Made by a program: the position numbers and the translations under genes. Shown one piece after another: positions 19,197 through 28,680 of a DNA stretch of 64,000 bases. The stretch is taken from NCBI GenBank assembly GCA_963705505.1, contig CAVPJU010000010.1, forward strand, positions 32,001-96,000, written 5' to 3'. The notes below the pieces were generated by a model. The model searched no databases. It had not been told where the DNA came from and was given only the letters and a program-made list of their open reading frames with translations. This DNA comes from an uncultured bacterium. Lineage in GTDB: Bacteria; Desulfobacterota_D; UBA1144; Nemesobacterales; UBA2774. How positions within the stretch are numbered: the first letter of the stretch is position 1; the number at the start of each line of letters is the position of its first letter.

Positions 19197-21260
19197 ATGT
19201 TAATTCTGGATAAGAGGAAATACGAGAGAATCGTATCGGATCTTATTGACGCAAAGGATATAAGGGAAATCGTCGATAAGTTCTCGATAGACAGGATTTA
19301 TTACTACCACGTACTTAAGGATATATCTTCGGGACAGCGCTCGCCTAATTTCAAACACCTTCAGAGTATAGCCCGGAAGAGGAAGCTCAGCGAAAATTTC
19401 ATTATAGAGCAGTCAAAATCGGTCCTGAATTATTTCGTACCGTACTATCAGAGCTACCCGACCGACTCGCTCGACTACTACAAGATACTGAATGTCCCCC
19501 GCAACGCCGCTGAGGAAGAGATAAGGCGGAGCTGGATAGAGCTCATGAAATCCCACCACCCGGACAAGGCGGGGGCAGATGGGCTGGACGCCGCGAAAAA
19601 GATAAACGAAGCCTATGATGTCCTGGGCAACAGCACTAAAAGGGAGGCGTACGACAATAAGCACCTCCCCGCGATGCCCGTCATAATCCCCGACAGCGGG
19701 CTCAGGAGATACTACTATGCAGTGCCGATCGCTCTCACCATATTCGTGGTGCTTATGTACGCCCTGGGCTCGGGACTCATATTCAAATCTCAGGAAGAAA
19801 AAGAAAGGCTCGCAAGGGTGATAGAAGACCCGAGCATCCCCAATGCCGTCTATAAGGGCGATTTAATGAAAGACGAATCCGATGAAAAAGCTGCTTCCGA
19901 AATAAAACCCGTCGAGCCCGCCGGCGATACGAACAGGATGATAGCGGAGAGGGAGAAGGAATCAGTCGAAGCCGGAAATAATCAGGAACAGAGAGGGGCC
20001 GAAATACCCGCTGAGGAGACTCTTGCCGAAAGTCGTAGTGCCGCGGAAATGAAGACGGAATCAGCGGCTGCGGAGTCGCCGGATAAAAAGGTTCCGGAAG
20101 AAACGGCGGAGAAGCCCGGGGCAATAGAAGTCGCCGATGCGGATAAAGGCGAGGTACCGCCTGTAGCGGCCGAGCCTGAAAAAAAGTTGGAGATAACCGA
20201 AATAATTCCCGATAAAGAGGAAAAGGCCGCTCCTGCCGAGGAAAAATCAGCCGGGGGTGAAAAGGTTCTGGCCGAAGCCGGCAGCGCTGAAATAAAAGAG
20301 AACCCAGAGGAAAATGAGAATACGGACAAGGCTGTTCCCGAGAAAAAGACGGAGGCTCAGCCGAAGGACGAGGAGCCCGTCAAGAAGGCGGTTATAGCCG
20401 AAAAGGCCCCGGAACCCGGTTCGGGGACGGAAGAGACGGCTAAAATTGCCGTACCCGAAAAAGAAGGAACATATACCGGCGGCACGTATCATACCGTCAA
20501 GAAAGGCGAGTCGTTATGGACGATAGCCCGCAAGTTCGACACGACTACCGCCGAGCTTACCAGGCTCAATAACATTGGGAACAGCAAGATAAACATCGGC
20601 GATAGATTATTAATATCCGGCAACGGTGTCCCTCTCCGCGAGACCGATTCAGGGCCCGGCATTATGGCAAGAAAGGCGGAGGCTGCTGAACCCGCTCCCG
20701 TTACTGCGGCAAAGAAGCCGGAAATCCCCAAGACTATAATTACAAAAACGGAACTAAACGGAAAGTCCCCGGAAAAGTCGGATATCGCCGCTGATTTCAA
20801 TCCCGAGCTCGCCACCTCGGCCGTGGCGATAAGGAATACCGAGGTCAGGGCTCCCGCGCCCGCTCCGCCTGTTTCCTCGCCGGACACGAACTCGCTTTAC
20901 TCTTTTGTTTCCAGTTACGTATCCGCTTACAAGAACAGGGACCTGGACCGTGTGAAGGCACTTTTTGCGCCTGATGCCGTCGAGAACGGCGTCAGCATAG
21001 CGAGGGTGCTCAGCAGCTACAGCTCGAACTTCTCAAAGCTCGAGATAGTCAGCTACGACGTAAAGGTCAAAAGGGCAACCCTTCAGAATTCCCTGGGGTA
21101 CGTAAGAGGGGATTTTTTCATAACGTTCAAGGACCAGCGCACGGGCGTGCTCAAGAACTCGAGAGGGAATATCAACTGGAAACTTGCCTGGGCGGGAGGC
21201 GCGTGGAAGATCCAGGAGCTTACCTATAAAATCGAATCAACCGATTCTGTCGGCGGATAA
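19197..21260 (+). CDS. J-domain / transmembrane / acidic linker / LysM / NTF2(SnoaL)-like multidomain protein
   Basis: DYYKILNV...HHPDK...INEAYDVL (J domain); TM segment YAVPIALTIFVVLMYALG; E/K/A/P-rich linker; YHTVKKGESLWTIARKF..T.AEL..LNNI (LysM); C-terminal FVSSYVSAY...DLD...LFAPDA...WKI. Confidence 0.8.
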   Translation: MLILDKRKYERIVSDLIDAKDIREIVDKFSIDRIYYYHVLKDISSGQRSPNFKHLQSIARKRKLSENFIIEQSKSVLNYFVPYYQSYPTDSLDYYKILNVPRNAAEEEIRRSWIELMKSHHPDKAGADGLDAAKKINEAYDVLGNSTKREAYDNKHLPAMPVIIPDSGLRRYYYAVPIALTIFVVLMYALGSGLIFKSQEEKERLARVIEDPSIPNAVYKGDLMKDESDEKAASEIKPVEPAGDTNRMIAEREKESVEAGNNQEQRGAEIPAEETLAESRSAAEMKTESAAAESPDKKVPEETAEKPGAIEVADADKGEVPPVAAEPEKKLEITEIIPDKEEKAAPAEEKSAGGEKVLAEAGSAEIKENPEENENTDKAVPEKKTEAQPKDEEPVKKAVIAEKAPEPGSGTEETAKIAVPEKEGTYTGGTYHTVKKGESLWTIARKFDTTTAELTRLNNIGNSKINIGDRLLISGNGVPLRETDSGPGIMARKAEAAEPAPVTAAKKPEIPKTIITKTELNGKSPEKSDIAADFNPELATSAVAIRNTEVRAPAPAPPVSSPDTNSLYSFVSSYVSAYKNRDLDRVKALFAPDAVENGVSIARVLSSYSSNFSKLEIVSYDVKVKRATLQNSLGYVRGDFFITFKDQRTGVLKNSRGNINWKLAWAGGAWKIQELTYKIESTDSVGG

Positions 21261-21540
21261 TAAGATAAGCCGGCGGCGTACCCCGGAGAAAATTAAACCT
21301 TTATAACTTCACAGGATAGGGAGAACGCATCTAAACTTACCGAAGCGGCGGGGATAGGGAATTATTATCCGCGGAGGAGTTCATCATACGGCATACGAGC
21401 CGATATCGCGTGACGGCGCAAATATAACAAAAACTGTTCAAAAGGCGGTTAGTCGGGTAGTTTTTAGCTTCTTTAACAATTTAAATTGCCGTGCTGAAAG
21501 CCGTAATTGCGGTGAATTCTTGGCAAGCCAAAAAAGGGAG

Positions 21541-21828
21541 ATGGTATTCGAAATGGCTATATCAGGCAGAAGAAAAAAGAAAGACGCGAAGAAGAACATT
21601 TTAAAAAGGATATGGGACGGATGGAAGAAGATCGCGAGAAAAATAGGCGACTTCAATGCGAGGGTGATACTTACGATTTTTTATTTCGTGCTGCTTCTGC
21701 CCTTTGCTCTGGTGGTCAAATTTTTTACCGATCCCCTTGAGATAAAAAAGGGTGCCAAAAAAGGGTGGCAGGTAAAGGAGGAGAAGGCCGACATTCCTCC
21801 CATGGAAAGGGCGGCGAGGCAGTTTTAA
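21541..21828 (+). CDS. SxtJ-like small membrane protein
   Basis: W.GW.K....IG.FN.RVILT.FYF.LL.PFAL...DPL pattern; directly upstream of the carbamoyltransferase. Start uncertain (21520/21541/21553). Confidence 0.65.
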   Translation: MVFEMAISGRRKKKDAKKNILKRIWDGWKKIARKIGDFNARVILTIFYFVLLLPFALVVKFFTDPLEIKKGAKKGWQVKEEKADIPPMERAARQF

Positions 21829-21877
21829 ACGCATTTTATAGAGGAATTTGCCGGGGGTCAGCCCGCACGGAGACAAT

Positions 21878-23665
21878 ATGAATATTCTTGGAATTTCCTG
21901 TTACTTTCACGACGCGGCGGCCGCGCTCATCAAGGACGGAGTGCTTGTCGCGGCGGCCGAGGAAGAGAGGTTCAGCCGTATTAAACATGATTACGAATTC
22001 CCTGAGAACGCGATAGAGTTCTGCCTCGAGATGGGCGGCATCGAAACCGGCGACCTGGACTATGTAATGTTTTTTGAAAAGCCCTTCATCAAGTTCGAGA
22101 GGCTCCTTCTGTGCTCCATGCAGACCTACCCCCGCTCGATGAAGCTCTTCAGGGAAGCCATGGTCACATGGCTCGGCGACAAGCTCTGGGTGAAGCACCT
22201 GCTTCTTAAGAAGCTCGGAGTCCCCGCGTCCAAGGTCCTCTTCAGCGAACACCACCTCTCGCATGCCGCGAGCAGCTTCTACTGCTCCCCATTCGACGAG
22301 GCCGCGATACTGACGGTAGACGGTGTGGGTGAATGGACGACGGCTGCGCTCGGAGTGGGTAAAGGCACCGACATAAAGCTCCTTAAGGAAATAAGGTTCC
22401 CGCATTCACTGGGCCTGCTGTATAGCGCATTTACGGCTTTTCTCGGCTTCGAGGTAAACGAGGGGGAGTACAAAGTCATGGGAATGGCGCCATTCGGCCA
22501 GCCCAAATATGTAGATAAGGTCTACGAGCTTGTCCATGTGGACGACGACGGCGGGTTCGAGCTCGATATGGATTACTTCTGTTTCCACTACTCGTCCGAA
22601 AAGACCTTCAACAAGAAGTTCGAAAAGCTGTTCGGAGACCCGAGGGACCAGAAGGCGCATTTCTTCACCCCCTCGACCGGATACCCTTCATATTTCGGAG
22701 ACAGGCCCCCGAATTTCGACGAGCTTGGGAAACAGAACCAGTACTACGCCGACATAGCGGCGAGCATACAGGTGGTGACCGAGCAGATAATGCTCAAAAT
22801 GGCGCAGTACGCCTACAGGGAGACGGGCATCAACAAGCTCTGCATGGCAGGCGGTGTAGCGCTCAACAGTGTGGCGAACAGAAAAATACTGGCGGAGACG
22901 CCTTTTGACGATATATATATCCAGCCGGCTGCGGGCGATGGAGGCGGAGCCGTGGGCGCCGCGCTTTACGGTTATCATGCGCTTCTGGGCAAGCCCAGGA
23001 ATTTCGTAATGGAGCACGCATACTGGGGCGAGGAGCACAGCGCCTCCGATACGGAGGAATTCCTCAAGGAAAACAACATACCTTACGAGAGGCTCGAAGA
23101 CGACGAGAAGCTCATCGGGCGGGTGGTCGATAACCTCACTCGGGGGAAGGTCATCGGGTGGCATCAGGGGAGGTTCGAATGGGGGCCGCGCGCTCTCGGG
23201 AACAGGAGCATCCTGGCCGACCCGAGGAGGGCCGACATGAAAGATATAGTCAACGTAAAAATAAAGTTCAGGGAGCCTTTCCGTCCGTTCGCGCCTTCCG
23301 TGCTCGAGGAGAAGGCCGGGGATTATTTCGCGCTCGACGATCCGGCGAGGCATTACCCGGCGCGTTTCATGCTCTATGTGACGGACGTACACGAGGACAA
23401 GCGCGGCGTGCTGCCGGCTATAACGCACGTGGACGGGACCGGGAGGCTTCAGACCGTGAAGAGGGAGCTCAACCCCAAATACTACAGGCTCATCGAGACA
23501 TTCGGCGATGCAACGGGCGTGCCGGTTGTGCTCAACACATCGTTCAACCTCAAGGGCGAGCCGATAGTGAACACGCCCGGAGAGGCGTTCAACTCATTCA
23601 GCAAGAGCGGGATGGACGTTCTCGTACTCGGAAATTATTTAATAGACAAGGAAAAACTTCCTTAA
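21878..23665 (+). CDS. NodU/CmcH/SxtI family O-carbamoyltransferase
   Basis: ILGISCYFHDAAA, EEERFSRIKH, HHLSHAAS, DGVGE, GGVALN, EWGPRALGNRS, KFREPFRPFAP, NTSFN. Confidence 0.92.
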   Translation: MNILGISCYFHDAAAALIKDGVLVAAAEEERFSRIKHDYEFPENAIEFCLEMGGIETGDLDYVMFFEKPFIKFERLLLCSMQTYPRSMKLFREAMVTWLGDKLWVKHLLLKKLGVPASKVLFSEHHLSHAASSFYCSPFDEAAILTVDGVGEWTTAALGVGKGTDIKLLKEIRFPHSLGLLYSAFTAFLGFEVNEGEYKVMGMAPFGQPKYVDKVYELVHVDDDGGFELDMDYFCFHYSSEKTFNKKFEKLFGDPRDQKAHFFTPSTGYPSYFGDRPPNFDELGKQNQYYADIAASIQVVTEQIMLKMAQYAYRETGINKLCMAGGVALNSVANRKILAETPFDDIYIQPAAGDGGGAVGAALYGYHALLGKPRNFVMEHAYWGEEHSASDTEEFLKENNIPYERLEDDEKLIGRVVDNLTRGKVIGWHQGRFEWGPRALGNRSILADPRRADMKDIVNVKIKFREPFRPFAPSVLEEKAGDYFALDDPARHYPARFMLYVTDVHEDKRGVLPAITHVDGTGRLQTVKRELNPKYYRLIETFGDATGVPVVLNTSFNLKGEPIVNTPGEAFNSFSKSGMDVLVLGNYLIDKEKLP

Positions 23666-23732
23666 CTGGCGCGAGGTTAACGAGTGCTGTAAAATTAGAT
23701 ATAATTTATTATCTCATCGGGGGGATATTCAT

Positions 23733-23912
23733 ATGTCGTTCCTAAAGGGCATAACTGACAGAATGGGCATAATCGGCGAGCTGCTCCAGTTCTTCATACA
23801 GAACAAGTGGTGGTGGATTACGCCGATGATTCTGATACTACTCATATTCGCATTATTGATTATATTTGCGCAGAGCTCCGCAGTGGCTCCCTTCATATAC
23901 ACGCTATTTTAA
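23733..23912 (+). CDS. DUF5989 / SxtK-like small membrane protein (59 aa, below the ORF-track cutoff)
   Basis: Translated by hand: MSFLKGITDRMGIIGELLQFFIQNKWWWITPMILILLIFALLIIFAQSSAVAPFIYTLF, with the characteristic APFIYTLF C-terminus. Confidence 0.85.
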   Translation: MSFLKGITDRMGIIGELLQFFIQNKWWWITPMILILLIFALLIIFAQSSAVAPFIYTLF

Positions 23913-23924
23913 TAGCCGATTCAT

Positions 23925-23955
23925 GCCCGGCCGCGCGCACGGCCGGGCTTCTTCT
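23925..23955 (+). terminator. Probable rho-independent terminator
   Basis: GCCCGGCCG-CGCGCA-CGGCCGGGC followed by TTCTTCT. Confidence 0.6.
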
Positions 23956-24311
23956 GTAATTTCTCAATCGCTCAACTCCCTTACATTCCGTTTTCACCGG
24001 AGCATCCCGGACGTACTCTATACCGGGTTTAATCACACGTTGTACTTCTCCGGTCAGATCTTTTTTATCCGGCAACTTTGATATTTACCCTCCGGCAAAT
24101 AAGGGTATAGAATTAGGGAAAGGGGATGTTATCGGTTTCCATAATTCCGACGACATGTATGCGGTTGTTCAAGTGCTCGGGAGTTTATCCGTCCTGCGAG
24201 CGGAGAGCTTGCTGAGTGATTATGCGCCGGACCGATCTTTATGCGGCGGGATATGAATCAGTCAGATGCTCGGAATTAAAAGTTGATTAAACAACGCGAG
24301 AGTGCCACCGG

Positions 24312-25355
24312 ATGAAAAGAGCGGTCATCAGCGGTATTACAGGTCAGGACGGCTCGTACATGACGGAGTTTCTGCTGTCGGTCGGTTACGAGGTGCACGG
24401 TATCATCAGCTGGTCTAATCCGTCTAAAGACGAATATATAGACCGTTCTTATCTCGATCACGGGGAGCAGGACCCGGGGCTCTACCACCATTCCTGGGAC
24501 ACGTCCGATTCCGGGCAGCTCACTAAACTCATTTACGAGATTCATCCTGACGAGGTCTATCACTTCGGGGCCCAGGGCCGCACGAGTGTCAGGTACGATA
24601 TGCACGAATTCAGCGGGGATATAACGGGGCTCAGCTCATCGACGATTTTAGAGGCGATAAGGCAGAGCGGCATTAAGTGCAGGTTCTGTCACGCTTCATC
24701 GAGCGAGATATTCGGCTCGACACCGGCTCCGCAGAGAGAGTCTTCCCCTTTCCGCCCGCACAGTCCCTATGCGTGCGCGAAGCTCATGTCCCACCTGTCG
24801 GCGGTAAACTACAGGGAGGCGTACGGCATATTCGCAGCGAACGGGATACTTTTCAACCACGAGTCCCCGAGGAGGGGAGAGATATTCGTATCGAGGAAGA
24901 TAACCAGCGCCGTAGCGCGGATCAAGGCGTGCGAGGAGAGATACCTCATTCTCGGAGACCTCAAGCCAGAAAGGGACTGGGGTTATGCGCCCGAGTACAT
25001 AGAGATGATGTGGAAAATGCTCGATAACGATTCACCCTGCGACTACGTGATAGGCACGGGCGAGTCGCATCCGGTGGGGGAGTTCGTCGAGGAAGCGTTC
25101 GCATACGCAGGGCTTGACTGGAACGAGCATGTGAGGATAGACCCGAGGTATTTCCGTACCCCGGAGGCGCCGGTCTTGAAAGCCGACCCCTCGAGGGCGA
25201 AAATGGAATTGGGATGGGAGCCGCATATCAGGTTCAGGGAGCTTGTAAGGGTCATGGTCGACGCCGATATGAGGGCGCTCGGTCTCGAGCCTCCGGGACA
25301 AGGGGACAGGCTGCTTGAAGAGACGTTCCCCGTGAGCTGGTGGAAGAAGGAATAA
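24312..25355 (+). CDS. gmd: GDP-mannose 4,6-dehydratase-like protein (divergent)
   Basis: GITGQDGSY, ASSSE, SPYACAK, FNHESPRRG, RDWG; the N-terminal cofactor loops are atypical. Confidence 0.8.
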   Translation: MKRAVISGITGQDGSYMTEFLLSVGYEVHGIISWSNPSKDEYIDRSYLDHGEQDPGLYHHSWDTSDSGQLTKLIYEIHPDEVYHFGAQGRTSVRYDMHEFSGDITGLSSSTILEAIRQSGIKCRFCHASSSEIFGSTPAPQRESSPFRPHSPYACAKLMSHLSAVNYREAYGIFAANGILFNHESPRRGEIFVSRKITSAVARIKACEERYLILGDLKPERDWGYAPEYIEMMWKMLDNDSPCDYVIGTGESHPVGEFVEEAFAYAGLDWNEHVRIDPRYFRTPEAPVLKADPSRAKMELGWEPHIRFRELVRVMVDADMRALGLEPPGQGDRLLEETFPVSWWKKE

Positions 25356-25531
25356 CCGCCTCACACCGTGAAGCTGTACTCTCACGGATACCGCTTTCCC
25401 GTCCGACGCTTCGGGGTGTATCGCGATCCGGCGGGAAATAAATTTTGACCTTTCCGTATTTTCCCTTAAACTCTTGTCCGAAAAAACGATGATTAATTTA
25501 TTCTTACCGGAAGGTAAAAGAGGAGGCTTTA

Positions 25532-26134
25532 ATGCAGAGATTTGTTATCCCTCACAATCACGAGATAACTAAAGAGGACAGACGCAAGCTAAGCGGCCAC
25601 GGCTCGCTTATCCTTTGGTTCACGGGCCTTCCGTGCTCGGGTAAATCGACGCTCGCAAACGAGGTCGAAAAAAGGCTGATCTCCTCGGGGGTCAGGACTT
25701 TCATTCTCGACGGCGATAACGTCAGGATGGGGCTTTGCAAGGACCTCGGGTTCTCGGAGGCGGACAGGGCGGAGAATATAAGGCGCATCGGAGAGGTGTC
25801 CAAGCTCTTCGTTCAGGCCGGATGCATAGTGCTTTCGGCATTCGTGAGCCCGTACAGGAGGGACAGGGACGCTGTCAGGGCGCTCGTCGATGAAGGCGAG
25901 TTCGTGGAGGTGTTCGTGAGCGCTCCCCTCGAGGTCTGCGAGCAGAGGGACGTAAAGGGTCTTTACAAGAAGGCGAGAGAGGGGGTTATAAAAGGGTTTA
26001 CAGGAATCGACGACCCCTACGAGGCGCCGCTGAAGCCGGAAATAGTCATAGAGACGGACAAGATGACGCTCGAGAAGGGAGCCGATTACATAATCAGCTA
26101 CCTCGCCGCGAAAAAGGTTTTGAATTCGAACTAA
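25532..26134 (+). CDS. cysC: Adenylyl-sulfate kinase
   Basis: [40 protein letters not shown]. Confidence 0.95.
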   Translation: MQRFVIPHNHEITKEDRRKLSGHGSLILWFTGLPCSGKSTLANEVEKRLISSGVRTFILDGDNVRMGLCKDLGFSEADRAENIRRIGEVSKLFVQAGCIVLSAFVSPYRRDRDAVRALVDEGEFVEVFVSAPLEVCEQRDVKGLYKKAREGVIKGFTGIDDPYEAPLKPEIVIETDKMTLEKGADYIISYLAAKKVLNSN

Positions 26135-26165
26135 CCCGGCAATGGCCGTAGAGGAGATATATAGT

Positions 26166-27107
26166 ATGCGTAAAAGGGTCCTCGTAACCGGAGGGGCGGG
26201 ATTTATAGGGTCCCACCTCTGTGAAAGGCTCCTCGGAGAGGGGAACGAGGTCATTTGCGTGGATAACTTCTTCACGGGGTCGAGGGAAAATATCAAGCAC
26301 CTACTTCCCGACCCCTATTTCGAGGTCGTCAGGCACGATATATGCTTCCCTCTTTACCTCGAGGTGGACGAGATATATAACCTCGCGTGTCCCGCATCCC
26401 CGATCCATTATCAGCTCGATCCTGTCCAGACGACCAAGGTCAACGTCTCGGGGTCGATAAACATGCTGGGGCTCGCAAAGAGGCTGAAGATAAAGATATT
26501 CCAGGCATCGACGAGCGAGGTCTACGGAGACCCCGCAGTTCACCCCCAGACCGAGGATTACTGGGGGAACGTAAACCCGATAGGGCTGCGTGCCTGCTAC
26601 GACGAGGGGAAGAGGTGCGCGGAAACCCTCTTTTTCGATTACCACCGCCAGCACGGCATAGAAATCAAGGTGCTCAGGATATTCAACACGTACGGCCCGA
26701 GGATGCACCCAAACGACGGCAGGGTAGTGAGCAACTTCATCATCCAGGCGCTCAGGGGGGAGGACATTACCATTTACGGGAGTGGCTCGCAAACGAGGTC
26801 CTTCTGCTACGTGGACGATACCGTGGACGCCGTTATACGCATGATGAACTCTCCCCGCGGGTTTACGGGTCCCGTAAACGCCGGGAACCCGGATGAAGTC
26901 ACGATGCTCGACCTCGCAAAGAGGATTATAGACTTAACGGACTCTCCATCGAAGCTCGTATTCAGCGACCTGCCCGGGGATGACCCGCGGAGAAGGAAGC
27001 CCGACATATCGCTTGCGCAAAAGAACCTCGGGTGGAATCCGGAGATAGATCTCGGAACCGGGCTCTTAAGGACAATTGAGTATTTCAGGTCGCGCCTCGG
27101 TGAGTAG
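26166..27107 (+). CDS. UDP-glucuronate decarboxylase (UDP-xylose synthase family)
   Basis: [47 protein letters not shown] before ATG 26166 (alternative start 26142). Confidence 0.92.
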   Translation: MRKRVLVTGGAGFIGSHLCERLLGEGNEVICVDNFFTGSRENIKHLLPDPYFEVVRHDICFPLYLEVDEIYNLACPASPIHYQLDPVQTTKVNVSGSINMLGLAKRLKIKIFQASTSEVYGDPAVHPQTEDYWGNVNPIGLRACYDEGKRCAETLFFDYHRQHGIEIKVLRIFNTYGPRMHPNDGRVVSNFIIQALRGEDITIYGSGSQTRSFCYVDDTVDAVIRMMNSPRGFTGPVNAGNPDEVTMLDLAKRIIDLTDSPSKLVFSDLPGDDPRRRKPDISLAQKNLGWNPEIDLGTGLLRTIEYFRSRLGE

Positions 27108-27359
27108 CGGGTCGAGAAAGGCCTTTCTTATGCAATCGGTCTGGGCGCTGCTATGTCCCTGGGTCCGGCATAAACTGTGCCGCGTCCGGATTCCCGCGAA
27201 TAATGCGTGACATATCTGATTATAGAATTATATAAACGATTGCGGTGCGCATGCCTCTTTTGACGGTTTTTCCCCGTAGCTGACAAAAATAGTCTTGACT
27301 TTTTGTAAGCAGTTGTATTATCATTTAAATACCAGTTCTAGGACCGAAGAAATATCTAA

Positions 27360-28652
27360 ATGTCTGATATTAAAGCAAAAAATAAACTTCAGCATACTCG
27401 ATTATCCAAGCTCATGACTGAAATCGCCGAAAGGGCGAAGGGAGCTTCGCTTAAGCTCGCAAAATCCCCTTCCGGCCCCAAGAACGACGCGCTTCTCAGG
27501 ATGTCAAAAGGCATCATCGAAAGGGCGGGGCATATAATCGCTGAGAATAAGAAGGACGTGGACGAGGCCCTGTCGAAGGGGCTCTCCGGAGCCATGATAG
27601 ACCGTCTCACGCTGACAGAGGAGCGTATCGCGAAGATTTCGGACGGACTCAGGGAAGTCTCGGCCCTCGATGACCCCGTCGGGGAGATCGTCCGCATGTG
27701 GAAGCGTCCGAACGGGCTTCTCGTGGGGAAGATGAGGATACCGCTTGGCGTGATAGGGATAATTTACGAGTCGAGGCCCAACGTCACGGCCGACGCCGCG
27801 GGCCTATGCATTAAGTCGGGCAACGCGGTTATACTCCGCGGCGGCTCTGAATCGATAAGGACTAACCTCGCGATAGGCGAGGTGCTGAGGGGCTCCCTGA
27901 AAGAGTCCGGTCTGCCCGAGGACGCGGTGCAGATCGTCCCGGTCGCAGAGAGGGAGGCGGTTCTCGAGATGCTCAAGCTCGAGGAGTATATCGACCTCAT
28001 AATACCGAGGGGAGGGGAGGGACTCATCAGGTTCGTGTCGGAGAACTCGAGAATACCCGTCCTCAAACATTATAAGGGTGTTTGCCACATATTCGTCGAC
28101 GAGAGCGCCGACCCTGAGATGGCCGAGAGGATTTGCGTTAACGCCAAGGTGGAGCGCCCGGGCGTATGCAACGCCATGGAGACGATGCTCGTCCATGAAA
28201 ATATTGCGGGTAAATTCCTGCCGCGTATCGCGAAGAGGTTCGCCGAAGAGGGGGTTGAGCTCAGGGGCTGCGAGCGCACGAGGGAAATAGTGCCCGGTAT
28301 GAAGAAAGCCGAAGAGGCGGACTGGTACGAGGAATACCTCGACCTCATACTGAGCGTGAAGGTCGTAAAAGATATCGATGAAGCGATAAACCATATAGAG
28401 AAATACGGCTCCATGCACACGGAGTCGATAATCACGGAGAACTACACAAATTCTCAAAAGTTCCTAAACGGAGTAAATTCGTCGACCGTCATGGTCAACG
28501 CGTCCACGCGGTTCAGTGACGGGTACGAGCTCGGACTCGGCGCCGAGATCGGAATAAGCACGTCCAAGCTGCACGCTTTCGGACCGATGGGCGCACTCGA
28601 GCTTACGACGACGAAGTTCATCGTTTTCGGAGAAGGGCAGATTAGAAAGTAG
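27360..28652 (+). CDS. proA: Glutamate-5-semialdehyde dehydrogenase
   Basis: [43 protein letters not shown]. Confidence 0.95.
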   Translation: MSDIKAKNKLQHTRLSKLMTEIAERAKGASLKLAKSPSGPKNDALLRMSKGIIERAGHIIAENKKDVDEALSKGLSGAMIDRLTLTEERIAKISDGLREVSALDDPVGEIVRMWKRPNGLLVGKMRIPLGVIGIIYESRPNVTADAAGLCIKSGNAVILRGGSESIRTNLAIGEVLRGSLKESGLPEDAVQIVPVAEREAVLEMLKLEEYIDLIIPRGGEGLIRFVSENSRIPVLKHYKGVCHIFVDESADPEMAERICVNAKVERPGVCNAMETMLVHENIAGKFLPRIAKRFAEEGVELRGCERTREIVPGMKKAEEADWYEEYLDLILSVKVVKDIDEAINHIEKYGSMHTESIITENYTNSQKFLNGVNSSTVMVNASTRFSDGYELGLGAEIGISTSKLHAFGPMGALELTTTKFIVFGEGQIRK

Positions 28653-28680
28653 TGCCATCTAAATTAGAGGAGGATGGAAA

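Noticed and set aside
21443..21452. ops/JUMPStart element before the glycan genes
   Set aside because: GGCGGTTAG deviates from GGCGGTAG and there is no JUMPStart context.
21541..23912. Saxitoxin biosynthesis suggested by sxtI/J/K-like genes
   Set aside because: No sxtA, sxtG or other core genes are present; this trio also occurs in non-toxin contexts.
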